Below, in pieces: positions 9,960 to 22,055 of a DNA stretch of 64,000 bases. The stretch covers positions 20,978,323 through 21,042,322 of the forward strand of contig NC_068981.1 in the NCBI RefSeq assembly GCF_001194135.2, in the 5' to 3' direction. Both the position numbers and the translations under genes were made by a program. Numbering within the stretch: position 1 is the stretch's first letter; each line of letters begins with the position of its first letter. Below the pieces are notes generated by a model, which saw nothing but the letters and a program-made list of their open reading frames with translations, was not told the DNA's origin and searched no databases. This stretch comes from Octopus bimaculoides (taxonomy: Eukaryota).

Positions 9960-10295
9960 CTATCTTTATCTTTTACTTGTTTCAGTCATTAAACTGCGGC
10001 CATGCTGGGGTACTGCCTTGAAGAATTTTAGGTGAATGAGTTGACCCCAGTGCTTATTTTTTTAAAGTCAGGTATTTATTCTGTTGGTCTCATTTACCAA
10101 ACCACAAAGTTAAAGGGATGTAAATATACCAACACCAGTTGTCAAAGAGTGGTGGGGGACAAATACACACAAACATGACAGGCTTTGGTTGCCTGAGGCT
10201 ATAACAGAAGATACTAGCCAAAGTGCTATGCAGTGGGATGGAACCCCAAATCATGTGGTTGGAAGGCAAGCTTCTTACCATACAGCCACACATGT
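9960..10295 (-). mobile_element. Degenerate tRNA-derived SINE (same family as 32316 and 38061)
   Basis: TTTACTTGTTTCAGTCATTAAACTGCGGCCATGCTGGGG...GAACCCCAAATCATGTGGTTGGAAGGCAAGCTTCTTACCATACAGCCAC. Confidence 0.7.
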
Positions 10296-10759
10296 GCCTA
10301 TATTGAAGTCATCACTAAAAAAAAATCTACTGAATAGTTTGAAAAACATTTAATTATTCATGAGAATACTTTGAAGACTAGCTTTGCAAAGAAGTTGATT
10401 ATTCTAAATATTTGTACAGTATCCCATTTTGTATTCTCATGGTAATGGGTTCAAATTATCTATCAACAATTAAACTAACAGAATTCATGTTAAGATGTTT
10501 TGCTTCAGGTCTGCCCCAACTTGGCAGATCTATGATTAAAAACATTACTGTTTCTAATGTGTAGTTTCTTAAATAAAACAGTGTTTTTCATGGGGATGCT
10601 TAAATGCTTCTTCTTTTGCTGAGTGGGTAGGATATTAAAATAGAACAGTGTTGTGTTTTTTTAGGAGGGGGACATAGACTATAAGTTCCCATATTGTTTA
10701 CTCATTATACATGCAAAACAAATACATTAAGATACTAATATACAAATTTTTAATTTCGC

Positions 10760-11945
10760 ACATGCGCATTGTTTGTTTTTGATTTAATCAACTACACAGT
10801 CAGGCACCGTCTGTGAAAAAAACAGCACCATGACACAAGTCACCCTGTCAGAAATTTGGGAACAACATGCTGTACTGCTTGGCATTCGTGCAGGAAGCTC
10901 CAATATGAACATTTCAGAGTGTTTGGATATCAATTAGAGGACAGTGCAGAGGATTTGGAAAAAGTTGGATGAGCCTAATGGTGATTACGAAGGTATGGCA
11001 GCTTGGAAAACTCACTCTGATAAGAAAAGAACTCCTGAATTTGTCAGTGAAATCCAGGCCATGATTGACAACAATCCCTCCAAGTCAATCAGGTCCATTG
11101 CCAGGGAGTGTCTGAGTTTCTTATCAGGCAGGTAGCATATGAAGACATTTGGTATTCCTCATACAAGATGAGAAAGGGCCAATTTTTATCCCAAGCCATC
11201 GAGGACAAGAGGAAAGATTGCACTATGAAGCTTTTGAACAAACTCAAACATCCTCTCCAACTAAACATACTTAGATTTTTCTCAGACAAGAAAAATTTCT
11301 GCGAGGATCAGATGGTGAACACACAGCACAACCATTGGCTTGCTGTGTCTCCAAAACGTACTGAGAGTGATAAAAATCAAACATCCAGTCAACATCATGG
11401 TGTTTGAAGTGATCACTAGTGATGATGTTATGCCTCCATTCATCTTCCCACACAGCCTCAGACTCAACATGGAAGCCTACATCAAGTGCCTGGAGGAGGT
11501 AGTGCTACCATGGGTGAAGAGGGTGGCTGCTGGAAGACCCTATGTCTGGCAACAGGACTCTGCACCATGCCACACAAGCAGCCCTGTCATGGCTGTCTGA
11601 CAATTTCTGCAACCACATCACTCCTAACATCTGGCCACTTAACCCCTCAAACTGCAACCCCCTTTATTATGTGTGGTGGGTGTAGTTGAGCGAGAGACCA
11701 ACAAAACTCCTTGTAACACCAAAGATGAATTGAAGGCAAGGATTATGGCAGCATTCACCAACTTAAACGAGGAGGCCGTCAAGAAGAGTTGCAGAAGATT
11801 CCAAAATCGCCTGGAGGTCGTGGTTGAAGCCATAGGTGATTTTATTGAATAAATTTACTCTTTAATATTTCAATATATTTTTATGTAAGTTTGATAAATA
11901 TATCTATTAAAATGAGATGTCATTGTTAGTTTCATTTTTGCGTAA
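10760..11945 (+). mobile_element. Defective Tc1/mariner transposon, probably DD37D (maT) type
   Basis: FSDK(E)KNF, IMVFEVITSDDVMPPFIFPHSLRLNMEAYIKCLEEVVLPWVKRVAAGRPYVWQQDSAPCHTS, a WPxNxxxCNP-like motif, and ...KARIMAAFTNL...EAVVEA. The ORF is frameshifted and the ends are approximate. Confidence 0.8.
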
Positions 11946-14189
11946 TTTAGACAACAATGTATTCACACTGTATATCCGCAGACAAAGTAACATTTTCCCA
12001 GTTGGACAGTTTAACAAGATCTAAAGAAGAACAGAACAAAAGCATTTCATCATCATCGTTTAACATCCGCTTTCCATATTGGCATGGGTTGGACAGTTTG
12101 ACTGAGGACTGGCAAGCCAGGAGGCTGCACCAGGCTCCAATCTGATCCGGCAGGTTTCTACAGCTGGATGCCCTTCCTAATGCAAACCACTCCAAGAGTG
12201 TAGTGGGTGCTTTCATGTACCTGAACAAACACATTGAGGGGCTACATTAATGTCTAAATGTAATTGTTGTAGAGTTAAAGTAAAATATTTTCTGTCTATT
12301 CAGTTTTCTCTCCCTTCCTTCCAGCTGTGTTTTAGGTCTGCCACACTTCATTTTTAAACATCTCTCCTAACTGATTTCATTCTTAACACTCTCTCATCCA
12401 TATACTCTCTTAACTCTGACCTCTATGCCACTGTTCATTACCCTCCACATCTCTCCACTTTCAGATCAATCTATAGATTTATGATAGTGCTGCTATCCAC
12501 CCCTCCTTCCTGAAACACTTCTTTCTCTCTTACCTCCCCACTGATAGTGACCATCAACCTCACCTCAACTTTTGATGATCACTTACTACATCCACTTGTA
12601 GCCCCATCTCTAACCATTTGTCACTCTCCTCTCAAACTCTTATGAAATTGTCCACAATTGCCTTCCTTCTTGATTCACTGTCTATATTCTTCCTTACACT
12701 CACATTCTTGTACCATGACAGTATGCTCTCACACACCAACTTTATCTCCATTCCAGCTACTCTCACTCACCCTCACATAATGCAAGGTAGTCATGTATTG
12801 TCTCCAAAGCCAGACACCTGTGCTTATCACTCTATTATACTTTAACCCTTGCACCTGGCATAAAATCACCTCTTACTCACTCAGTTGAGGAGGCTTTTTG
12901 CTTTTCATAATCTGGCAAGTTACTTGGTGACCTCATGGTGTCACAAAAAGAAAGAAAGAGGCACCTAGCACATTTTGTAAAGTGGTTGGTGTTAGGAAGA
13001 GCATTTAGCTGTAGAAGCCACGACAAAGCTGACACTGGGACTTGACACAGCATTGTGCCTCTTTAGAGCCTGTTCAACCAGGAAAATGGGCATTAACTGA
13101 TAATTTTAATGCACTTGATAAATAATGTAGGCTTTGTTAATTAATGCTGATAAAGAATGTAAGAGGCATGTTAATGTACAAACATGGCTATTTATTAATT
13201 GGGGAACATTTTGTGAGAAGAGCTGCTTATTTATAAAAAACCGTTGTGTCCCTTCACTGTCTTTTTGTATCATGTCAGTGATACTTTTTAATTTGATTCT
13301 AGCAATGTTCCCTTTAACCCTTTTGTTATCATATTTCTGTTGAAATACACTGCCTTTGTTTTAATTTTGAAAATGATGAATTTAGTAAAATAACTTAGTC
13401 ATTATTAAGCTGGTGCTTGGAAAAAAAAATTAACATGAAATCTTGAAGGAAGGTTTTAATTTAGATGACTTTAAACAAGAAGTTAATATCACAGAACCAG
13501 GGCCGATCTCAAGCAGGATTGTACCCAAAGGATTAAGCTGTACTCTTGTGTATGCACAAGTCCTAAAACTAGCGCACAAAGGGAAAAAAGTGTGCACACA
13601 CGGTTTGCAAGATGAAATCAAATTATTTTAATTGAAGATGGTTACTTGCAACGATGTGCACATACTTTGCAAAGACAAAATTTACACACCAGCAAATTTC
13701 TGTACATAGCCACAATAAAAATTAGAGAGAACATATCAGGAACTTTGCCATAACACGATTTACTACAATTATTTGGGAACATACAAACACTGAGGTACTA
13801 TTATTTGTGACAATGTGAACAGAAGGGGAATGATGACCAAGAGAGTAAAAACTGAGAGTATGAGTATGAGCCTAATGGGAGGGGAAAACTGATAGGATGG
13901 GATGGGAGGATGTAATGGAAGAGAGACAGTAATAGCTACACATTAGTAGTTGACAGGAGGTTGAATAGGAAACAGCATGGGCAGCATAAGGGGATAGAAC
14001 TAAACGTGGGTAGTGCTAAGGGCGAGTTGAGGATGATGGAAAAAGAAGATTCAAATAGGGAAGAATTGATGCTATCCTTTATTACACAGGATTGTAATGA
14101 GAGTGAGGGAGAGTGGAAGTGAAAACAAATACAGAGATACTATGTTCATTTATTTGTGAACATACACACTAAGGTACTATAAGTATTTA

Positions 14190-14419
14190 TCTGAATATCA
14201 TTTGATGGATATTTGTCCTCATCTTGTTTGTTGTTAACATGTTTCAGCTGATATACCCTCCAGTGTTCATCAGGTGTCTTGGGGAAATTTTGAACCTGGA
14301 TTCTCATTCCTAAGGTATTTTTTCGATATTATTATTATTATTATTATTATTCAGGTCACTGCCTGGAATCGAACTCGGAATCTTGGGGTTAGTAGCTCGT
14401 GCTCTTAACCACTATGCCA
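14190..14419 (-). mobile_element. tRNA-headed SINE with an (AAT)n spacer and a hammerhead-like motif in its 3' body
   Basis: Minus strand: A box TGGCATAGTGG, B box GAGTTCGATTCC, then (AAT)n, then GACAC-CTGATGA-A-CACTG...CAGCT-GAAAC-ATGT-T. Confidence 0.7.
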
Positions 14420-15412
14420 AGAATAGCCTGGGCAAAGTTCAGAGAGCTCCTACCTCTGCTGGTAACAAAGGGCCTCTTGCGTAGAGTGAAAGGTAGACTG
14501 TATGATGCATGTGTGCGAACAGCCATGCTACAAGGCAGTGAAACATGGACTGTGACTGCTGAGGACATGCAAAAGCTTGTAAGGAATGAAGACAGTATGC
14601 CCCACTGGACGTGTAATGTCAGTATGCACACATGACAGAGTGTAAGCACCCTGAGAGAAAAGTTGGACATAAGAAGTATCAGATGTGGTGTGCAAGAGAG
14701 ATGACTGTGCTGGTATGATCATGTGTTGCGTATGGATGAGGACAGCTTTGTGAAAAAGTGTAACACCCTAACAGTGGAGGGAACCTGTGGAAGAGGTAGA
14801 CCTAGGAAGTCTCGGGATGAGGTGAAGTATGACCTTCAAACGTTGGGCCTCACAGAGGCAATAACAAGCAACCAAGATCTTTGGAGATATGTCGTGCTTG
14901 AGACCCAGCAAGCCAAGTGAAACTGTGACCGTGGCCTATACCAGTGTAGCATAACCAGTCCATTTAAGAGTATCCTTCAATCATTGGGCAATAAACTGCT
15001 TGAGAAGACCTGTTGAATCAAGTGAAATTACTGTCATGACTGATGCCAGTACCACCTGACTGGCACCTGTGCTGGTGGCACACAAAAAGTACCATTTGAG
15101 TGTGGTCATTGCCAGTGTCGCCTGACTGGCTCCCATACTGGTGGCAGGTAAAAAGCACCATTTGAGCATGGTCGTTTCCAGTGCCACCTGACTGGCTCCC
15201 ATGCTGGTGGCATGTAAATAGCACCATAGAACGTGGTCGATGCCAATACTGTGTGACTAGCCTTCGTGCTGGTGGCACATAAAAAGCACCCACTACACTT
15301 TCGGAGTGGTTGGCATTAGGAAGGGCACCCAGCTGTAGAAAACTTGCTAGTCCTCAATCAAACTGCCTTACCCATGCCAATATGGAAAGCGGATGTTAAA
15401 CGATGATGATGA
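14420..15412 (+). mobile_element. 5'-truncated RTE LINE: RT C-terminus, 3' UTR with ~75-bp tandem units, (GAT)n tail
   Basis: RIAWAKFRELLPLL..KGRLYDACVRTAMLQGSETW, CGRGRPRKS..EVKYDL; continuous into the tail motif. Confidence 0.9.
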
Positions 15413-16019
15413 AATGCTTTTGTTCTGTTCTTCTTTAGATCCTGTTAAACTGTCCAACTGGGAAAATGTTACTTTGTCTGCAGATATACAGTGTGAATAC
15501 ATTGTTGTCTAAATTACGCCAAAATGAAACTAACACTGACATCTCGTTTTAACAGATATATTTATCAAACTTACATAAAAATATCTCAAACTACTAGAGT
15601 AAAATTATTCAATAAAATCACCTTTGGCATCAACCACGAAAATGATGATTTATCTAAAAATAAAGACACCCCCCCATTCAACGAAGTATATTATTTGGCT
15701 GTGGGAAAAAACCCCCACTAAGGTTAATTTGAACTTTATCAAAGTTTGTCTGATGGATCCATCATCTAATGTCCTCTCTAGCAAATTTACTTTTAGCATG
15801 CACTGCAGAGAAGTGAGACAAAGAGAAAGAAAGCATGAAGAATTTAAATGACTTTATTATCTAGTGAAAAACTATACATTATAGGTCCACACACATACAC
15901 ACTTTAAAGGACCCTGCAGTTGGTAATAGTGGTAGAGAAATTCTAATCAATGCATATAAGAAAAAAGATTTAGGTATCTGTAGAATAGATACACAAGGAT
16001 CAGTAATTCAAGTTGACAG

Positions 16020-16880
16020 CAATAATTAATTGATCAAGGGTATGAAAAGAGGGAAAGCTGCACATGTATCAGAAATAGTTGTAGAGATGCTCAAAATATC
16101 TGGAGGAGGAGGATATATGATTACAAACTGGATAGCTAACCAAGTTACATATGAAGGTGTATTCAACGGCTGGTGTAGTAGTATCATACTAAACTACTAC
16201 ATAGACAACAAAGATACATTACAGAGAGGAAATTATAGAGGAATCAAACTACTGAATCAGGTTATGAAGCTCAGAGAGAGATTTATAGCTCAATTAATCC
16301 ATGAGAGAGTAGACTTAGATGAGATGCAGCTTGGTTTTATGCCTAGAAGAGGTACTATGGATGCAATCTTCCTAGTGAGGCACTCCAGAAGTACTTGGCT
16401 ACGAGTAAACCACTATTCTTGGCACTCATTGACCTGAAGGTTTTTGACAAGAACCACATTCAATAATTTGATGGTCACTAAGGGAACTAGGTGCAGACAT
16501 GTTGGCTTGTGAAAGCTGTTCAAGTTATGTACGAAGATGCAGTAAGTAAAATGTCAACAAATGATTTCATTGCAAAAAAATAGTGTGTGGATAAGAGTTC
16601 ATCAAGGTTCAGTCCTTGGTTCCCTAACACCAACCACTTCAGAGAATGTACTGGGTGCTTTTTATGTGGCACCAAGTACCTTGCAAGACAAAAACCCCTC
16701 AGCTGGGAAGGGGGTGGCTTTGTGTCAATTGAGAGATTAAAGGTATTGAGGGCATCCAGCTGTAAAAACCAAGCCAAAACAGACTATGGAACCTGGTGTG
16801 GATCCAGGCCTTGCCAGTTCCTGTCAAACTGTCCAAACCCATGACTCAATGGAAAATGGATGTTAAATGATGATTATATA
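16020..16880 (+). mobile_element. Degenerate RTE RT fragment plus tail remnants
   Basis: MKRGKAAHVSEIVVEMLK...RGNYRGIKLLNQVMK...QLGFMPRRGTMDAIFLVR. Confidence 0.8.
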
Positions 16881-18079
16881 TATTAGAGCAATAGAGAGAA
16901 ATGAAGGGAAAGAGCACGTGATGGATAGATACCAAATATTTTCAAGTAAGAACTAAAATCTAAACAATGATTTCTAGCATCATGTCAGTATGAAGTGTGC
17001 ATATATTAGAAACTTGAGATTAAATTAAGTAGGATGAGTTCAGAATGGGAGTTAAAAATAATGAAGTGTCAACTTATCTAAATCTTTAGAAATATCACTT
17101 GGCTTCCACTTATGGTGTGAGTGTATGTGTGTATATTTATATATAATCATCACCATTATCTAATATCTGTGTTCCATGTTAGCATTGCTGGACAGTTAGA
17201 CAAGGATCCAATGAATCAACGACAGTATTGTACTCCAGTGTCTACTTTCGCATGCTTCCTATGGCTGGATGCCCTTCTTAATGTCAACCAGTTCACAGTG
17301 TGTACTAGGTGCTTTTTTGTACCACTGGTACTATCAAGGTCACCTCATGTAGCTTGCAAGTCAATAAACCCAGTGAGGGAGGATGTTGCCTCTGTATACT
17401 AGAAAGAGGTTAAGGTGGAAGGGAGGAAGTTAGAAAAGAGCATGTTTTTGTTGGAGAGGAGCTACATGACTACACATATTTAGGAGAGTGAGTGAGAATG
17501 AATTAGCTGAATCTACAAGGAGATAGACAGTGGTCCAGGTGGCATCTTAGGGAGCAGGAGCTGTAGTAGGTGGGGAAAATGGGGTTTGCAAGAGGAGAGG
17601 AGACAGGGGAAATGGAAAAGAGAGGCAGGCAACATCTGTAAAGATTGAGGGAAGCAGGTGCACGAGTTGGGAAGGCTACACAGATTCTACCTGTATGGTA
17701 GTATCTCTGTAGGATACCGCTGAAAGGGGGAGGAGAGAGACAGATAATGATGTGTTCTGCAGGAGCAGAATAGAGATAAAATGGGTATAATGCACGAGAT
17801 AATTTAGTAGTCCAGGGAGAAGGAGAGCCACTGTAACATGTGAGTATGGAGAACAATAGTAATGGATAAAGAATGGTTAACAAGTGAGATGGTTCTAGGT
17901 TGCAAGAGAGAAAAGCCGTATCATGATGGTGTGGAGGTGAGGAGGGCAACACAAGGCAGGGATTGATTGATCAGGGTACTCATACACACACACACACAGA
18001 GTCCAACCCATGCATGCCAACATGGAAAATGGACCATTAAATGATGATACACTCAAGCACACACACACACACTTATATC

Positions 18080-19520
18080 ATCATCATCATTTAACATCCA
18101 CTTTCCATGCTGGCATGGGTTGGACGGTTTGACTAAAGGCTGGCGAGCCAGAAGGCTGCACCAGTCTCCAATCTGATCTAGCAAAGTTTCTACAGCTGGA
18201 TGTCCTTCCTAACGCCAACCAAGAGTGTTGTGGGTGCTTTTACATGCCACTTGCACAGGAGCCAATCTGGCAACGACCACACAAATGGTGCTCTTTTTAC
18301 GTGCCACCGGTACAGGAGCCCTGGCAATGATCATGCTTGGTGGTTTTAACATTCCACTGGCACAGGTGCCAATCAGGCATTACTGTCATCGGCCACAACA
18401 GCAGAAGCTGACTTCCAGAAGTCAGCTTTATCATATCAGGCAAGTTTTCATAAAAACCTCATACTGCCAAATATTGTGGTCCTTTGTCATTTCCTGCGAA
18501 GCTCAAGGGCCTGAGGTCAGCCTTTACCACATCTTCCTTGTCTACAGGCTCCAGCTACATTTAGTGATCAGCACATTTTTATACAACTGTCCTCATCCAT
18601 ACAAATCATGTGTCTATACCAGTACAGTCATCTTTCTTGCACACTACACGTGATTCCTCTTATGCCCAGCCTTTCTCTTTGCACATTTATACCATGACAC
18701 TCACAATGTATATCTAATGGAGCATGCTAACTTCACTTCTTTCTGGTATTCTAATGTCCTCTGCATTCAAGGCCCATATCTCACTACCATGCAATATTGC
18801 AGTTTTAACGCAAGCATCGTATAATCAGCCTTTCACTCTGAAAGAAAAACCCTCTGTTACTAACAGTGGTAAGAACTTGGAACATTTTCCAGCCCATTCT
18901 TAATCTGGTTACTATGCTTTCAGTACAATCACCTCCCTTGCTAATTATATCTTCCAAGTAACAAAGCTTAAATGATCCACCTGGGTATTTAAGAGATTTA
19001 ATTTTTGGAGCACTAGTGCATCTACCACATGTGAAGCCTACATTTTCAGAAAGTCTGCCAATGATTCTGCTACATCTCTTGTGCATCCACAGCTTACACT
19101 GAGTACAGTGTATGGAGTTTACACCAACTCTTTTTCTGCATACCAAGCAAGGTCATTTCCCTGAAGGTACCAGAGTCCTGTCTTCTTTCTTACTTACTAA
19201 AACCTTTATCGTTCCAGGATTACCTTAAGGCCTTTCAATTCTATGTTTAACTGCCATTCTTGGAATTTCTTCTCCAATTCCTCTATGGATTCAGTTATGA
19301 GGACTAGTCATTAGTGTACAGGGCAGCCAGTGTTAAACTCCTTTGTGATGGATAGGAGAGGGCTGAGAACCCTGATGGATTCTAACCCTCACACTAAATT
19401 CCTCACTGAAATTGTTGTTGACTCTTCACTTTATTGCATCTTTGTACACGGCTTGCAAAGCTCTCAAAAGCCATTTGTTAATACTTAATTTCCTTAGTGA
19501 CCACTAGTTTACTGTATGTA
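18080..19520 (-). mobile_element. Degenerate RTE LINE (RT C-terminal region with a PHD-like Cys/His insert, 3' UTR and tail)
   Basis: VCRKRVGVNSIHCTQCKLWMHKRCSRIIGRL...FTCGRC, then FCYL-D-I..GG.CTESIVTRLRMGW; tail motif at about 18085-18230. Confidence 0.8.
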
Positions 19521-19727
19521 TGCATGTATGAATTTTTATATAAACCTGTAATCTTTCCTTCTTGCAAGTGGTTTGTTTCTAATTTTTTTAGTGAAAACAT
19601 GTCTAGTCATGGGGAAATATTATCTTACTTGGAAAGATAATGGTGGAGTTGGTGATAGGAAGGGCATCTGGTTAAAGAAAATCTGCTTCAACAAATTGTC
19701 TGACCCATGCAAGCATGGATGTTAAAG

Positions 19728-19761
<34 letters not shown>

Positions 19762-20629
19762 CAATATGTGGGATAAAATGACTTTGGGAAGAATGACAAG
19801 TGGATATTAGCAGCTCTAGTAAAGTTATGTGGTACATTACAGCTGGTGAGTGTAGGTATGTGTTGTCTGATAACAATCAGGTGTACATAGTGAAAATGTG
19901 GTAAACAGAGAATACAGTCTGGTTTGTTGAAGTAGTAGTTACATTTGAGCTAGCAACTTTGTAAGAAAATACATTAAAGTAGCCATATCCAAAAAATAAA
20001 GTTTCTCTCACAAGCATACACTAACAGTAAAGCAATGAAATAAAAGTGAGCTTTATTTTCAAATACTTTACCATTCATAATATTGGTGGTCTGGACAAAG
20101 CTTTCAACACTCTACTTGGTTGTCATATACTGTTTACAACATTCACAACCAGTGTTTTTGTTGAAGATTTGTTGCTATTTACTTTCTCTGTAAGATCCAC
20201 TTATTTTCTAGGTTTGTGATGTTGGGATATCAACAAAAACTTATCTGTTCTATTAGTCAAGTTCATTTCCTTCTAGGTCTAGATTTTAAAGCTGTTGCCA
20301 ACTTCAGGTATTTTTAAAATTTTGCTACAGTTACGGTTGTATTTCTGGGTTAGTAGCTGAGAATCAATTGTTTTACTCAGCTGAAATGTTAACTTCAATA
20401 TACCAAGCACAAAGTGTACATGTTTGCAAATGTTACCTGCAATATCATCATGTAGCAAAGTAGCAATTTGTTACATTAAGATAATATACCTGAACTACTG
20501 ATGGCTCTGCTATAAAGTTTTAAAGGAAGGAGAACCTGTTTGGAGCAACAGATGTATTTGCTAAATACACATATACATATCTAGTGTAAAATATCAATTA
20601 TATAAATTACATACAGAAAAAAATGAATG

Positions 20630-21960
20630 GAAATAAACAGGACTGCAATAAGAGGAACTATAACAACTATCCATATAATTGATATACCTACTCTTCCTCA
20701 TTGGCACTCATTTGAGTCTTTAACCCCACTGCATCACACAGACTGCAAGCTCTACTTCCTCCCAAGCTGTAACCAGTTGTTCTGGTTCCTTGCCAAAAGT
20801 TCTCTCAATTTTTGGAATTCTACCAAATATCTCCCCAACCATAATGGTTCTGTATGTACCTCCACAGAGAAAGCTTCAATGTTTTCATACTTGGCAAAAC
20901 TCTACAAGAACTTCTTATATCTATTCTACCAAGCTTATCACTACCTATATATACATATCAAGTATAAAAATGCTTTTGGTTACTCCACACCAACAAGAGC
21001 AATGACTCCGACAACATACTCTCCATTAATCTCAAACAGTGATATACCCTTGCCACATCTCTTCAAAATTTCTTTTTCTATAGAAATCTACTCTGGTTTT
21101 TGGAAACATGCTATAGTGTGTTCCATCTCCAGGAAGGTAAACTTCTATAATCTGTCAACTATCAATCTGTTGCTCTCACTTCCAACAACTCAGGAAGCCA
21201 TGGAAACAGTTGCAAACAACTTCTCTCCTTAGCAAATCCTACAGAGCCAGGTCTGCAGGAGCCTGCTTTTCATTGTCATTTACAGAAGTTCACACTTCTG
21301 GCTCCACTTGACTCTAGACTCTTAATCATGGATTAGAAGCTTCCTGTTGGATGATACTCATACAGCTTTTTTAGACAAGGTTATCTTTGACTTGCACTTC
21401 ATCAACTCAAGTGTACTCCTAAAGCTTGATTATATCACTCATACTATTTAGCACATAATTGATCAACTTATCTTCAACAAAATTCATTCCTATGCAAATA
21501 ATACCACTCTTCATTCCTCACCCACTAGGTATCATACAAGACTTCATAACTCCTGATCCTTTCTGGTTTTCTCACTCTCATAATTTATCAAAAATTGTGC
21601 TCTAAAGAATAGTCTTCCTGTTTATAGCAAGATACTTCAGCCCAAAACTAGTGAGACCCACAATGGAATTTTGGTTCCACATTTGAGATGGTGATGTTGC
21701 TATACATGAAAACATCCCAGAATGCATTAGAAAAACCTAGCTGATTAGCAGGAACTCATCATCACCCTACTACAACCTCTAACCCACAGGTACAGCATCT
21801 CTTCAATCAGCCTAATCTACTATTAATACAACCATGCATCCTGAAAAACTAGTTGCATACCACTTCCGCTAAAGCTTAATTGCCTCTCCCAACAGGCACC
21901 ACACTAACCACTATGCCTAACCCATCCTCCTCTCTAGAACTGACTTCCCACAAATATTGA
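20630..21960 (+). mobile_element. Degenerate CR1/jockey-like LINE RT remnant
   Basis: PLPHLFKISFSIEIYSGFWKHAIVCSISRK...TINLLLSLPTTQEAMETV resembles the RT motif L..LF..S...G.FP..WK.A.V....K....NYRPISL; many stops. Confidence 0.6.
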
Positions 21961-22023
21961 CTTGTATGTTTAAGCTGATTCGACTAGGCAGTCCTTTCCT
22001 AATGACTGGACAGACAAAATGAG

Positions 22024-22055
<32 letters not shown>

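Noticed and set aside
14351-14419. tRNA genes (also at 32316, 38061, 58150-58216 and 62712)
   Set aside because: These are truncated or mutated tRNA-like heads fused to repeated SINE bodies, without a complete cloverleaf.
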